A DNA stretch of 64,000 nucleotides from a bacterium (lineage in GTDB: Bacteria > Patescibacteriota > Patescibacteriia > Patescibacteriales > GWC2-42-12): positions 23,333 through 87,332 of the forward strand of contig JAUSEG010000005.1 in the NCBI GenBank assembly GCA_030650415.1, read 5' to 3'. Position 1 is the first letter of the stretch. Every line of letters begins with the position of its first letter. Positions 24,829 through 34,016 of this stretch are shown one piece after another. The notes under the pieces were generated by a model that searched no databases, had not been told where the DNA came from, and saw only the letters and a program-made list of their open reading frames with translations. The position numbers and the translations under genes were made by a program.

Positions 24829-25327
24829 ATTTCTTTTTAACCCCAAAACTGCCTAAAACGGCTTTTTCCAGTTTAACGAAATCCTTAACCGCCATTTCCA
24901 CTGAATGATTAAAACTGCCGGAAGAAAAAATCGCTTTTTTAGTTTCGGATAGTTTTTTCTCCATAATCACGGGCAATTTATGAAAACTGCCAAAAGCGCT
25001 CATGGCGCCGGCCTTAATTTTCAATAATTTTTCCATTACCTCCTCGCCGGGAATTTTTACAACCTTAATCTTTTTTCCAGCGACTTTTCCCATCAGCTGA
25101 GATAATTTTTTAAAATCCAAATTGTGATCGGCCGGCAGTATGGCCAAATAATAATCCTTATCGGCTGCCACCAAAAGTGTTTTGGCAATTTCGTTTAACT
25201 TTTTACCCATGGTGGCCGCCACGTCATAGGCCGTATAAACGGTTTTATGAATTAAGATCTTGTGTTTAGTTTTTGAGTTCTCTAAATATTTGGCTAATTT
25301 TAAGGGAAATTTTTTGATTTTTGACAT
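24827..25327 (-). CDS. YbaK/aminoacyl-tRNA editing (deacylase) domain protein
   Basis: 166 aa. The pattern HKTVYTAYDVA...AKTLLV...YYLAILPADHNLDFKKL matches the YbaK/EbsC family. Confidence 0.55.
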   Translation of the reverse strand: MSKIKKFPLKLAKYLENSKTKHKILIHKTVYTAYDVAATMGKKLNEIAKTLLVAADKDYYLAILPADHNLDFKKLSQLMGKVAGKKIKVVKIPGEEVMEKLLKIKAGAMSAFGSFHKLPVIMEKKLSETKKAIFSSGSFNHSVEMAVKDFVKLEKAVLGSFGVKKK

Positions 25328-25358
25328 ATAATTTTAAGTTAGTAATTAGCCCTAAAAC

Positions 25359-26297
25359 TTATCTGACCGGCACGGACACGGGGAAGGGCTTGCCCGATTC
25401 TAATTGCGCGATCCGCTGAGCTAAGCATTGGTAGCCTGAATCATGCAGCCAGCGCGCGTCAATATAAACAGATTTATCGTCAGACTGCTTTTTATTTTCC
25501 GTTCTGAAAGTCGCGCATAGTTCGTAGGAATCATTGCTCTTAATATTATAATCAAAAATCTTATTAGTTGCCGGGTCGGTTAATTCGCTTTCCATAATAG
25601 TATAAATTGAACCGCCGCTAATTAAAGTATTTAAATTCTCCGGCAATCTTTTATTTTCGCCGTAGTAAGCATCAATGGCATAAGCAATCTGGCTGAATTT
25701 ATTTACTATGGTCTGATCGAATTTCTGCTCCCTGACTACGAACGGCGAATCAATAAAGAAAAAACTAGCGATTAGCGCGATCGCCGCTAACCCCATAGAG
25801 CCGTAAAAGTAAACTCTGATGATATTGTTTATCTTATCAACCTCCGCTCTTCTGATGTCGTATAAATAATAGCTGAAAATTATGGCGGAAATTATGATAG
25901 CGGTTAATGATTTTAGAATAAATTTAACCGTCAATTCTCCGCCTAAGAAACTATTGATCGTGCCGATCAGCCAGCCGATCATCACCACGGCGCTAACCAA
26001 TAAGATAAAATAGGTTAACCATTTTCTAATGCCCGAGTCCTTACTGATTTTTCCGGTTGTCAAATTTTTGTTTATAAGCCACATCATAAAAAAATAAATC
26101 GGCGCGGCAATGATGATGGCGGAAATGGCGAACTTTAAGGCGTCTTGGCTAAAACCGCCCGGCGCGATGGCCAATAAATCCAAAATATTTTTATTAATAA
26201 TCTGAAAAACTATCATGCCGGTTGAAAGAGAAATAAAAACCAGAGTTACGAGAGACAGCATATAAAAAAAAGCAAACTTGGCATTTTGTTTTTCCAT
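25359..26297 (-). CDS. DUF5671-like integral membrane protein
   Basis: Start moved to MEKQNAKFAFFYMLSL. About 6 TM helices and a C-terminal soluble domain with a Cys pair. This architecture is common in CPR genomes. Confidence 0.5.
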   Translation of the reverse strand: MEKQNAKFAFFYMLSLVTLVFISLSTGMIVFQIINKNILDLLAIAPGGFSQDALKFAISAIIIAAPIYFFMMWLINKNLTTGKISKDSGIRKWLTYFILLVSAVVMIGWLIGTINSFLGGELTVKFILKSLTAIIISAIIFSYYLYDIRRAEVDKINNIIRVYFYGSMGLAAIALIASFFFIDSPFVVREQKFDQTIVNKFSQIAYAIDAYYGENKRLPENLNTLISGGSIYTIMESELTDPATNKIFDYNIKSNDSYELCATFRTENKKQSDDKSVYIDARWLHDSGYQCLAQRIAQLESGKPFPVSVPVR

Positions 26298-26411
26298 AAA
26301 CTTGTCCCGAGCGCAAGCGAGGGATCTCTCGTCCGCGCTCAATTAGTGAATTATTTTATTGGCAACTTTCGCTGCCGGTTATTAAATATTTTAATAACTA
26401 ATTTTTTTCTC

Positions 26412-26711
26412 CTACACTTCATACTCCTTACATAAATTTTCCATAATTGTTACGACCGAGTCTTCTCCCTGAAAATCAAAATCCGGGCAAATTTTTCTTT
26501 CAATGCCGCTGCTAGCTGTCATGGTATGAAGTAAATAAACTCTATTTGAATTTTTATGTTTCGCTTCTAACTTTCTGGCTTTTTCAACAATTCTGCTATG
26601 AGCTTCAAACCTTTTTTTATTTCCCACGCCGGTCAAACGCTTTCTCATATCTAAAACCCTTCTCTCTAAAGATTCCTCGGTTGGCCGAATTTCCAGCGTT
26701 CTTTCGCTCAT
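26412..26711 (-). CDS. Hypothetical protein
   Basis: 99-aa ORF with coding-like composition, co-oriented downstream of aspS. No motif recognised. Confidence 0.4.
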   Translation of the reverse strand: MSERTLEIRPTEESLERRVLDMRKRLTGVGNKKRFEAHSRIVEKARKLEAKHKNSNRVYLLHTMTASSGIERKICPDFDFQGEDSVVTIMENLCKEYEV

Positions 26712-26734
26712 ATAATAAATAAAAAGTCTATATA

Positions 26735-28525
26735 TTAATCTTTCTTGATTTTTATATTTAGCTCTTTCAATTGTTTTTCATAAACTTCGGACGGACTATC
26801 AGTCATTAAATCCTTGCCCTTGCCATCCTTCGGAAAAGCGTAAATATCGCGGATTGAATCCATGTCTCTTAAGACCATTAAAATTCGGTCTACGCCCGGG
26901 GCATTGCCGCCATGGGGAGGAGCGCCGAATTCAAAAGCCCTGATCATAGCGCCAAATCTTTTATCAACTTCTTCGTGAGAATAACCGGCGATTTTAAAAG
27001 CTTCATACATAATTTCCGGCTCATGATTTCTGATAGCGCCGGAAGAGGCCTCAAAACCGTTTATAACTAAATCATATTGATAGGCTAAAATTTCCAAAGG
27101 CTTCATGGTTTTTAAAGCTTTTAAGCCGCCCTGAGGCATGGAAAAGGGATTATGGCCAAAGTCTATTCGGCCTTCCTCAATTTCCGAATAATCATACATG
27201 GGAAAATCCACTACCCAGCACCAAGCCGCTTTGGCATTATCCTTTAAACCTAATCTTAGAGCGCATTCGTTTCTAACCGCTCCCAGGCTCAAGCAAACCG
27301 TTTTCCAGGCGTCAGCGCCGAAAAATACTATATCCCCGGCCTTAGCGTCCAGTTGTTTAACAATCTCCTGCGCCAATTTATCGCCCAAAAATTTAACAAT
27401 CGGAGACTGCAATTCGCCTTTTTCTTTAACAATTATATAGGCTAATCCCTTAGCACCCTTAGCTTTAGCGATTTCGGTTATTTCATCGATCTCTTTGCGT
27501 GAAAATTTCGCCCCGCCTTCAACTTTTAAAGCCTGAACCACGCCGGATTTTTCTATAGACTGGGCAAAGACGGAAAATCCGCAGCCTTTCACTAAATCGG
27601 TAACCGGTTCTATAGCCATTTCAAAACGCAAATCCGGCTTATCCGAGCCGTATTTAGCCATGGCTTCGCGCCAAGGAATCTGCTTAAATCGGCCGTCTTT
27701 CTTTAGTCCGACTAATTTTTTAGCGCTAAAATTTTCCGTTAATTCAATCATCAACGGTTCCATAATTTTAAAAATGTCTTCCTGCTCCACAAAGCTCATT
27801 TCCATATCTACTTGATAGAATTCGCCGTAATGCCGATCCATCCTCGGATCTTCGTCGCGGAAGCAGGGAGCAATTTGAAAATATTTATCCAAGCCGCCGA
27901 CCATTAAAAGCTGCTTAAATTGCTGGGGCGCCTGGGGCAGGGCGTAAAATTTACCGGGATAGAGCCGTGACGGCACTAAGAAGTCGCGCGCGCCTTCGGG
28001 CGAAGAGTTGGCTAAAATCGGCGTTTGAACTTCTATAAAATCATGTTCATGAAAATATTTTCTAATATGCTGAAAAAACTTATCCTTAACTTTAAGCATT
28101 TCCTGGAGTTTCGGCCTTCTTAAATCCACAAAGCGATATTTTAATCTTAAGGCTTCGTTAGCTTCTCCAGCCTTAATTTCGCTTAATTCAAACGGCGGGG
28201 TTTTTGATTTTGATAAAATTTCAATTGAATCGCACTCGATTTCAATCTCGCCGGTGGACAATTTTTTATTAATCATTTCATCCGGTCGAGCCGCGACCTG
28301 GCCTTTGATTTTAATCACCCACTCATGGCGCAACTCATCGGCCGCGGACAGAGCTTCTTGGCTGATTTTCGGATCAAAAGTCAGCTGGGTTAAGCCATAG
28401 CGGTCGCGTAAATCAATAAAAATCAAACCGCCATGATCGCGCCGGCTCTGCACCCAGCCGCAAAGCTCAACGGTTTTTTTTATATCTTTTTTATTCAGTT
28501 CTCCGCAGGTATGTGTTCTAAGCAT
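26735..28525 (-). CDS. aspS: Aspartyl-tRNA synthetase
   Basis: N-terminal OB fold (GWVQSRRDHGGLIFIDLRD) and class II motifs (FRDED, GGNAPGVDR). Confidence 0.92.
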   Translation of the reverse strand: MLRTHTCGELNKKDIKKTVELCGWVQSRRDHGGLIFIDLRDRYGLTQLTFDPKISQEALSAADELRHEWVIKIKGQVAARPDEMINKKLSTGEIEIECDSIEILSKSKTPPFELSEIKAGEANEALRLKYRFVDLRRPKLQEMLKVKDKFFQHIRKYFHEHDFIEVQTPILANSSPEGARDFLVPSRLYPGKFYALPQAPQQFKQLLMVGGLDKYFQIAPCFRDEDPRMDRHYGEFYQVDMEMSFVEQEDIFKIMEPLMIELTENFSAKKLVGLKKDGRFKQIPWREAMAKYGSDKPDLRFEMAIEPVTDLVKGCGFSVFAQSIEKSGVVQALKVEGGAKFSRKEIDEITEIAKAKGAKGLAYIIVKEKGELQSPIVKFLGDKLAQEIVKQLDAKAGDIVFFGADAWKTVCLSLGAVRNECALRLGLKDNAKAAWCWVVDFPMYDYSEIEEGRIDFGHNPFSMPQGGLKALKTMKPLEILAYQYDLVINGFEASSGAIRNHEPEIMYEAFKIAGYSHEEVDKRFGAMIRAFEFGAPPHGGNAPGVDRILMVLRDMDSIRDIYAFPKDGKGKDLMTDSPSEVYEKQLKELNIKIKKD

Positions 28526-28671
28526 AAATGTTGGCTAATATAAGCTAATATCCCTCATATAGCAGATAAATTAAAAATCTAAATATTGGCTAAATCAGCT
28601 TACAATTAGCTCAATATTCGTGTTTATATTTTAACCTATTTTACCGACTTAAGCAATGTTTTTTGCAAGCG

Positions 28672-28971
28672 TTATTTATCACATTCAAATTTACAGGCGA
28701 AACACCCCGCAACACTCATCCCATCCGCACATTCAGTTTTATCCGCCGAACTCTTTGATAACAACAGGTTGCAATTATTCATATTATTATCGGTTTGTAC
28801 TATTTTACAGACAGATTCAGGATCTCTGTTATCAGCTACATAATCTCCCTTAGCCTGTGATTTCCAAATTATTTTAAGTTTAGGCTGATTATCGTTTGTC
28901 GTGGGCTGTTGGCATCCAGCCAGGAAGACTAACCCGAATAACAGTGAGCTTAATGCTAATGCTTTTTTCAT
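28672..28971 (-). CDS. Small Cys-rich lipoprotein
   Basis: Lipobox LFGLVFLAGC, with 7 further Cys in the 80-aa mature part. Confidence 0.55.
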   Translation of the reverse strand: MKKALALSSLLFGLVFLAGCQQPTTNDNQPKLKIIWKSQAKGDYVADNRDPESVCKIVQTDNNMNNCNLLLSKSSADKTECADGMSVAGCFACKFECDK

Positions 28972-29024
28972 AATATTATTTTTTTAAATTTAGTGATTTT
29001 ACAACCACAAGAATTTAACCCATC

Positions 29025-29795
29025 TTAATTAAAACTATACTTAAAAAACTTATCAATAATTTCCCCCGCCTCCTGGCCTAATTTTTTACTTATTTTAATT
29101 TTTTGTAACTGTTGAAAATTACATTTAACGGCTAGTCTCAGTAATTTGATGCTATCATCGGTTATAACTAATTGATTAGCATCTTTAGGATTAAAGCACT
29201 TCGAGCAGACCAGGCCGCCTCTCGCCAAATCAAACCGATTTCTTCCCGGCAAAATTTTATTAACGCAACTAACGCAAACTGACAACTCCGGCTGATGACC
29301 TAATAGGGCTAAAAGCTTAAAGATAAATAATTGAGTCAGCATCGTCAAGCGGTAATCGCTATATAATTCTTTCTGGATTCCCCCCGCATTTTGCGGGGCG
29401 GGAATGACAGACTCCGGCCGCTCCAGCGTTTCTAAATAATTTTTCAATAATTCAAATATTTTTTCATCGGCCAGTCCGGGTTTAATAAGCTGATCTATGA
29501 TTTTTACCGCTCGTCCGGCTGGCGCTAATTTAGTCAAATCATTTTTTATATTGCTAAAACAATTTTCGTTTAAAGCCGCGCCCACATAATCATGCCGCCG
29601 GCCGCGCACCGCCATAATATTAGTTAAGCTCAAAGGCTCTAAATGGCCGGCCAGCTTTGATTTTATCTTCTTCGCTCCCCTGGCGGTTAATTCGAGTTTA
29701 CCAAACTCGCGCGAATAAACTACGACCCGGCTATCACATTCGGAAAAACTTTTACGGTTTAAAATTATGGTTTTAATATTATAAGTATCTTCCAT
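29025..29795 (-). CDS. recO: DNA repair protein RecO (with repeat-derived insertion)
   Basis: N-terminal OB-fold pattern and zinc motif CVSC...CSKC. A half palindromic element at 29373-29409 is translated as SVIPAPQNAGGIQ. Confidence 0.75.
   Translation of the reverse strand: MEDTYNIKTIILNRKSFSECDSRVVVYSREFGKLELTARGAKKIKSKLAGHLEPLSLTNIMAVRGRRHDYVGAALNENCFSNIKNDLTKLAPAGRAVKIIDQLIKPGLADEKIFELLKNYLETLERPESVIPAPQNAGGIQKELYSDYRLTMLTQLFIFKLLALLGHQPELSVCVSCVNKILPGRNRFDLARGGLVCSKCFNPKDANQLVITDDSIKLLRLAVKCNFQQLQKIKISKKLGQEAGEIIDKFFKYSFN
29373..29409. repeat. Half type-1 element inside recO
   Basis: CTGGATTCCCCCCGCATTTTGCGGGGCGGGAATGACA, which is the right-hand terminus module of the family. Confidence 0.7.
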
Positions 29796-29805
29796 AAAAT
29801 CCTTT

Positions 29806-29893
29806 TGTCATTCCCGAAGCCGTAGGCTGTCGGGAATCCAGGGGCGCGCGGCATAAACATATTTTCTGGATTCCCGCCTGCGCGGGAATGACA
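29806..29893. repeat. Type-1 mosaic palindromic element
   Basis: TGTCATTCCCGAAGCC...GGGAATCCAGG...CTGGATTCCCGCCTGCGCGGGAATGACA. Confidence 0.85.
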
Positions 29894-29951
29894 AGAAAAA
29901 ATATTGCATCGCTCCCGAAAACTCTCAAAATTACCCGTAATGACAATGCAG

Positions 29952-30329
29952 TTAAATTTTATCTAAATAACTCTGCAAAATTATCATCGCCGCTATTTCA
30001 TCGCGGCTAGCTTTAGTTTTCTTTGTTCCTGCCAAAGCATCGGCCGCCTTGCTGGATAAACGCTCATCAATCAGTTCAAGGGGAATTTTTATTTTACTTT
30101 TCAGCTCATCAATAAATTTATTATATTTTTCATTTAAAGTCAGCGGCTCATAATTCATCATAGAAACCGGCTTTCCTAAAACTACCGTATCTATTGCTTC
30201 GCTTTCCACAATTTGCGCCACCTCCAGAACATCCTTCACAGTTTTAAACGGCGTGGCCATTTTAGTTTCGCCGTCAGCCAACGCCAAACCGATGCGAACC
30301 TCGCCCCAGTCTATGCCTAAATAATTCAT
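29952..30329 (-). CDS. ruvX: Holliday-junction resolvase-like nuclease RuvX/YqgF
   Basis: Start moved to MNYLGIDWGEVRIGLALAD (YqgF signature). 125 aa. Confidence 0.8.
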   Translation of the reverse strand: MNYLGIDWGEVRIGLALADGETKMATPFKTVKDVLEVAQIVESEAIDTVVLGKPVSMMNYEPLTLNEKYNKFIDELKSKIKIPLELIDERLSSKAADALAGTKKTKASRDEIAAMIILQSYLDKI

Positions 30330-30335
30330 AAAATT

Positions 30336-30447
30336 AATGTCAAATTTCCAATGACTAATGACAAACAAATTTCCAATGACAAATTTCAAATAAAATTATT
30401 TGGACATTTAGATTTTGGCATTGATTTGTCATTAGACATTTGTCATT
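30336..30447. repeat. AT-rich imperfect long hairpin built from AATGACA/TGTCATT words
   Basis: Left arm ..CTAATGACAAA..AATGACAAAT, right arm ATTTGTCATTAG..ATTTGTCATT. It fills the ruvX-map spacer. Confidence 0.6.
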
Positions 30448-30483
30448 TATTATTAACTTTGAGATTCGCATTTTACATTAAAT

Positions 30484-31278
30484 TTACTCATACTTCGTTA
30501 ATATCTCATACCCTTCCTCCGTCACCACCACCGTATGTTCAAATTGAGCGCTTAATGAGCCGTCGGCGGTTAATATCGTTAAGCCATCGGCGCCGGTTTT
30601 TATATTATAATCGCCGACATTAACCATGGGTTCAATCGCTAGTACCATGCCTGGCTTTAAAATTATTTTTTTATTATACGGCAATTCATAATTAGGAATC
30701 TGCGGATCTTCATGCAATTCGTAACCGACGCCATGGCCGACTAAATCCCGCACTACGGAAAAACCGCTAGCCTTTTTAACATATTGTTCCACCGCCTTGC
30801 CTAGGCTATTTAGGCTATTACCCGGCCGAACCTGCTCTATGCCATGAGCTAGAGCTAGTTTAGTCACTTTAATCAATTTTTGCGCCTCGCGGCTAACTTT
30901 ACCGACAGCTATGGTAGCCGCCATATCGGTGTAATAGCCTTTTCGGCCGGAAGAAAACGGATACTCCATGCCCACGTCAATAGTGATTATATCGCCTGAT
31001 TTTAATTCGCGAGACGGCAAAGCCGGAGCGTGTACGACTTCATTATTTATGGAGGCGCACAAGGCCGTAGGAAAAGGCCGATCGCCGGCGCTCTGTTTAA
31101 AACCTTTAAAAGACGGCCGGCCGCCGGCTTCGATAATTAAAAAATCAGCCAGCTTTTCCAAATGTCCGGTAGTAACGCCGGGCTTAACCTCGCTAATCAA
31201 TTTTTTCATTATCTGCCCTAAAATTTTTCCGCCCTGGCGAATTAATTCTATTTCATCGACTTTTTTTATGGTTATCAT
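30484..31278 (-). CDS. map: Methionine aminopeptidase type I
   Basis: HGVGYELHEDP, metal ligands D..D..H..E..E and FEHTVVVT. Confidence 0.9.
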   Translation of the reverse strand: MITIKKVDEIELIRQGGKILGQIMKKLISEVKPGVTTGHLEKLADFLIIEAGGRPSFKGFKQSAGDRPFPTALCASINNEVVHAPALPSRELKSGDIITIDVGMEYPFSSGRKGYYTDMAATIAVGKVSREAQKLIKVTKLALAHGIEQVRPGNSLNSLGKAVEQYVKKASGFSVVRDLVGHGVGYELHEDPQIPNYELPYNKKIILKPGMVLAIEPMVNVGDYNIKTGADGLTILTADGSLSAQFEHTVVVTEEGYEILTKYE

Positions 31279-31282
31279 AAAT

Positions 31283-31371
31283 ATAATGAATCATGAATCA
31301 GGAATAATGAATTATGGACTATAAATTTAAATTAGGCATTTTTCCATTATTCATAATTCATGATTCATTAT
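31283..31371. repeat. AT-rich long hairpin built from AATGAAT/ATTCAT words
   Basis: ATAATGAATCATGAATCAGGAATAATGAATTATGGA vs TCCATTATTCATAATTCATGATTCATTAT. It lies in the adk-map spacer. Confidence 0.6.
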
Positions 31372-31402
31372 TCAATTTCTAAATTTTGTGATGAAAGTAA
31401 AA

Positions 31403-32065
31403 CTAAATTACTTTTAATTCTCTCAATTTTTCCATTATATCGTTATGAATTTTAGCAATTGGCTGTTCGCCGTTTATTTTTATTAGCTTGCCCAGCACTC
31501 GCCAATAATCAAGCACGGCCTGGCCGTCATGATGATAGACTTTCAGGCGATGAGAAATAACCTTTGGCTTATCGTCGTTTCTCGTAAACAGCTTGCCGCC
31601 GCAAATATCGCAAATTCCTTCATTAATCGGTGAATTATAAAGCAAGTGATAAACTTTTCCGCAAGCGCACATTCGCCTCTGCCCTAAGCGCTGCTTTACT
31701 TCTTTATCGCTAACCGCTATTTCAATCGCATAAATCGGAGCGCTTTTTTTAATTCTTTTTTTAAACATCAAAAGCAAATCCTTCAGTTGTTTTAAATTTC
31801 TCGGATAGCCGTCAAAAATAAAACCCGAGGATTTTTTCTTTAAGCTATTATCCACCATTTCAACAATAAATCTATCCGGCACTAATTTCCCGGTCTTTAA
31901 ATATTTATCCGCCAATTTACCCAGCTTAGTTTTAGCCGCGACTTCCGAACGCAATAAATCGCCGGTAGAAATTTTCTGCCAGTCGGTTTTTTTAGCCAGC
32001 AGCTCGGCTTGCGTCCCCTTGCCTGATCCCGGGGGGCCGAAAAAAATAATAATGGTTTTTTGCAT
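31403..32065 (-). CDS. adk: Adenylate kinase (zinc-lid form)
   Basis: Start moved to MQKTIIIFFGPPGSGKGTQ (P-loop). The lid carries CACG...CDICGG. Confidence 0.9.
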   Translation of the reverse strand: MQKTIIIFFGPPGSGKGTQAELLAKKTDWQKISTGDLLRSEVAAKTKLGKLADKYLKTGKLVPDRFIVEMVDNSLKKKSSGFIFDGYPRNLKQLKDLLLMFKKRIKKSAPIYAIEIAVSDKEVKQRLGQRRMCACGKVYHLLYNSPINEGICDICGGKLFTRNDDKPKVISHRLKVYHHDGQAVLDYWRVLGKLIKINGEQPIAKIHNDIMEKLRELKVI

Positions 32066-32108
32066 AATTATATTAATTTTTATTTGATACAAAAAGTTTT
32101 TAAGCGCT

Positions 32109-32807
32109 TTATAGGCCAATCGGCCTGACACCGCCCAGCGGCGCTCTAGGCGCTGGGTTATTTGGCAATTTGCTGTTTTTATTATAATCTCCGGCAAAGC
32201 CTGTCTTATTTTTATTTATTATACCTATATCTTCCTTGGTGCCGTGGCGAAGACCATAAGATTTTACTTTAACGCCGCCCGCGTACGTTTCAGTATAAAC
32301 ACTGTTACCATCAGTAGCCTCGTGCTCACCAAGCCTATCCCATCTGGTGCGATTTAAATTTCTCTTAATCTGTCCTTCAGTTAAAAAACTTTTTCCATCG
32401 CTCGACTTAATGAGCTTTACGTCCTTTTCAACTACCTGATTTTTCCCATCACTTGTTTTTACTTCCTTAAACCCTTCGGGTACTTTTTCTTCTTTACTCG
32501 CCGCGCCTCGGCCAAGATGATTGAGTATTTGTTTTATTTCTCTTTTATCATTCTTTGTCACTTCCGTGTCACCGGCTTTAATTTTTAACCAAGCATCCCT
32601 TTTCTGCAACCTATTAAGACCACCCTTAATTTTAATAACTCTTTCATATTGTTTTGCGACATCAACAATCTCTTCTCGATTATCCCTTAAATTTCTTAAA
32701 TCGCCACGTTTAGTCAAACGATTAAATACTCTCTGAAAATTTCTTACCCCTGTTTTGGCCCTAAATTTAATGCCATCGCCAGGCCCTGGCAAATCATTAA
32801 TACCCAT
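32109..32807 (-). CDS. Hypothetical basic protein
   Basis: 232-aa K/R-rich ORF with no recognised motif, inserted between secY and adk. Confidence 0.4.
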   Translation of the reverse strand: MGINDLPGPGDGIKFRAKTGVRNFQRVFNRLTKRGDLRNLRDNREEIVDVAKQYERVIKIKGGLNRLQKRDAWLKIKAGDTEVTKNDKREIKQILNHLGRGAASKEEKVPEGFKEVKTSDGKNQVVEKDVKLIKSSDGKSFLTEGQIKRNLNRTRWDRLGEHEATDGNSVYTETYAGGVKVKSYGLRHGTKEDIGIINKNKTGFAGDYNKNSKLPNNPAPRAPLGGVRPIGL

Positions 32808-32811
32808 ATGA

Positions 32812-33729
32812 TTATATTTTATTTGCGTTAACCATTTTAGACTTATAGAAAAAATAGCCGACTACGCCGAAAGTTGCAATCGGCGACAGCCAGCTGGGAA
32901 TATGCACGCCGAAACTGTCTAATAACATAATAGAACCGAGGAAAAATATCGAATACATAGCGCCATTCTTTAAATACATATATTTCTTAATATTATCAAT
33001 ATTGCCGATAGTAAGCTGGCGTACTACATAAGCGCCTACGCCGTTACCGATTAAAATTAAAGGTACGGATAAAGTAAAGGCGAAAGCCCCTAAAACTCCA
33101 TCTACGGAAAAAGTCGCGTCAAGTATTTCAAGATAAAATATTTTACTCATGTCGGATAAGCCTTTCTTAGTTAAATCCTTTTCCCTCTGCTCGGCGTTCT
33201 GCTTAAAGCCATGGGTGATGAAAAAGGCTGTGGAGCCGACGACCGCGCCGAAAGCTAAGAGCGAATTTTCGCCTAAGGCCAGCCAAACAATTACAGTTAA
33301 AAGCACGGATGCTATAGAAAAAAACCAAACGCCATTTTTATAGCAAAATTTTTCCCCGATCAGGCAAAAATTCTTTGATTCCAAAAACAGCCAATGCAAA
33401 AATAAAAAAATTAAAAATACGCCGCCGCCGATTAAGAGCATGGGCGCGGATTTTTCCACGGCGTCAAGCACTTTAGGGTCGCTAGAAAAAGTGGCGGTTA
33501 GAGCCTGTATTGGGCCTAATCCTGGGGTAGCAATCCAAACGATGAGCCAGGGCAATAGGCCTCTGACTAAAAAAACCGCGATTAAGAGCCCCCACAGCAA
33601 AAACCAGCGCCTGGCTTTAGCTTGCATGGTGGAGAGAACTTCGGCGTTAATAATCGCGTTATCGATGCCCGAAACAATTTCAAACAAGCATAAGCCGGCG
33701 ATAATAATGATAATAGAAAATAAGTCCAT
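32812..33729 (-). CDS. TerC/DUF475-family integral membrane protein
   Basis: N-terminal FEIVSGIDNAIINA motif (DNA-I signature of TerC-like proteins) and about 8 TM helices. Confidence 0.6.
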   Translation of the reverse strand: MDLFSIIIIIAGLCLFEIVSGIDNAIINAEVLSTMQAKARRWFLLWGLLIAVFLVRGLLPWLIVWIATPGLGPIQALTATFSSDPKVLDAVEKSAPMLLIGGGVFLIFLFLHWLFLESKNFCLIGEKFCYKNGVWFFSIASVLLTVIVWLALGENSLLAFGAVVGSTAFFITHGFKQNAEQREKDLTKKGLSDMSKIFYLEILDATFSVDGVLGAFAFTLSVPLILIGNGVGAYVVRQLTIGNIDNIKKYMYLKNGAMYSIFFLGSIMLLDSFGVHIPSWLSPIATFGVVGYFFYKSKMVNANKI

Positions 33730-33803
33730 AATAAATTGATTATAGCCCTATTATATCATAAATCAAGCAAATAAAAAACCCCATTCAACATGGGTTTGCT
33801 TTT

Positions 33804-33988
33804 GTTTGGGCTAAACTTTATGAAATTTTCGTGCGAGGACTGTTTGAGCCCTACACCACTTTTTGCACCATGTCACACTTTTATAAATTATCCTCTTTCG
33901 GTTTTATCGTGAAAAGCTCTAAAGACTAGAATAAAAGTGGTGAGGGGCGAGTTCCGCAGTAGAAAATTTTATAAAGTTTAGCCCAAAC
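33804..33988. repeat. 185-bp imperfect long hairpin downstream of secY
   Basis: Outer 27-bp arms GTTTGGGCTAAACTTTATGAAATTTTC / GAAAATTTTATAAAGTTTAGCCCAAAC. Inner arms CCCTACACCACTTTT / AAAAGTGGTGAGGGG. Confidence 0.7.
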
Positions 33989-34016
33989 CACAAGCCACTT
34001 CAATAACAATATTTTC

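Noticed and set aside
28526-28671. Possible T-box or other leader upstream of aspS
   Set aside because: The region is only about 146 nt. It has no T-box consensus (AGGGTGGNACCGCG-like) or specifier-hairpin architecture.
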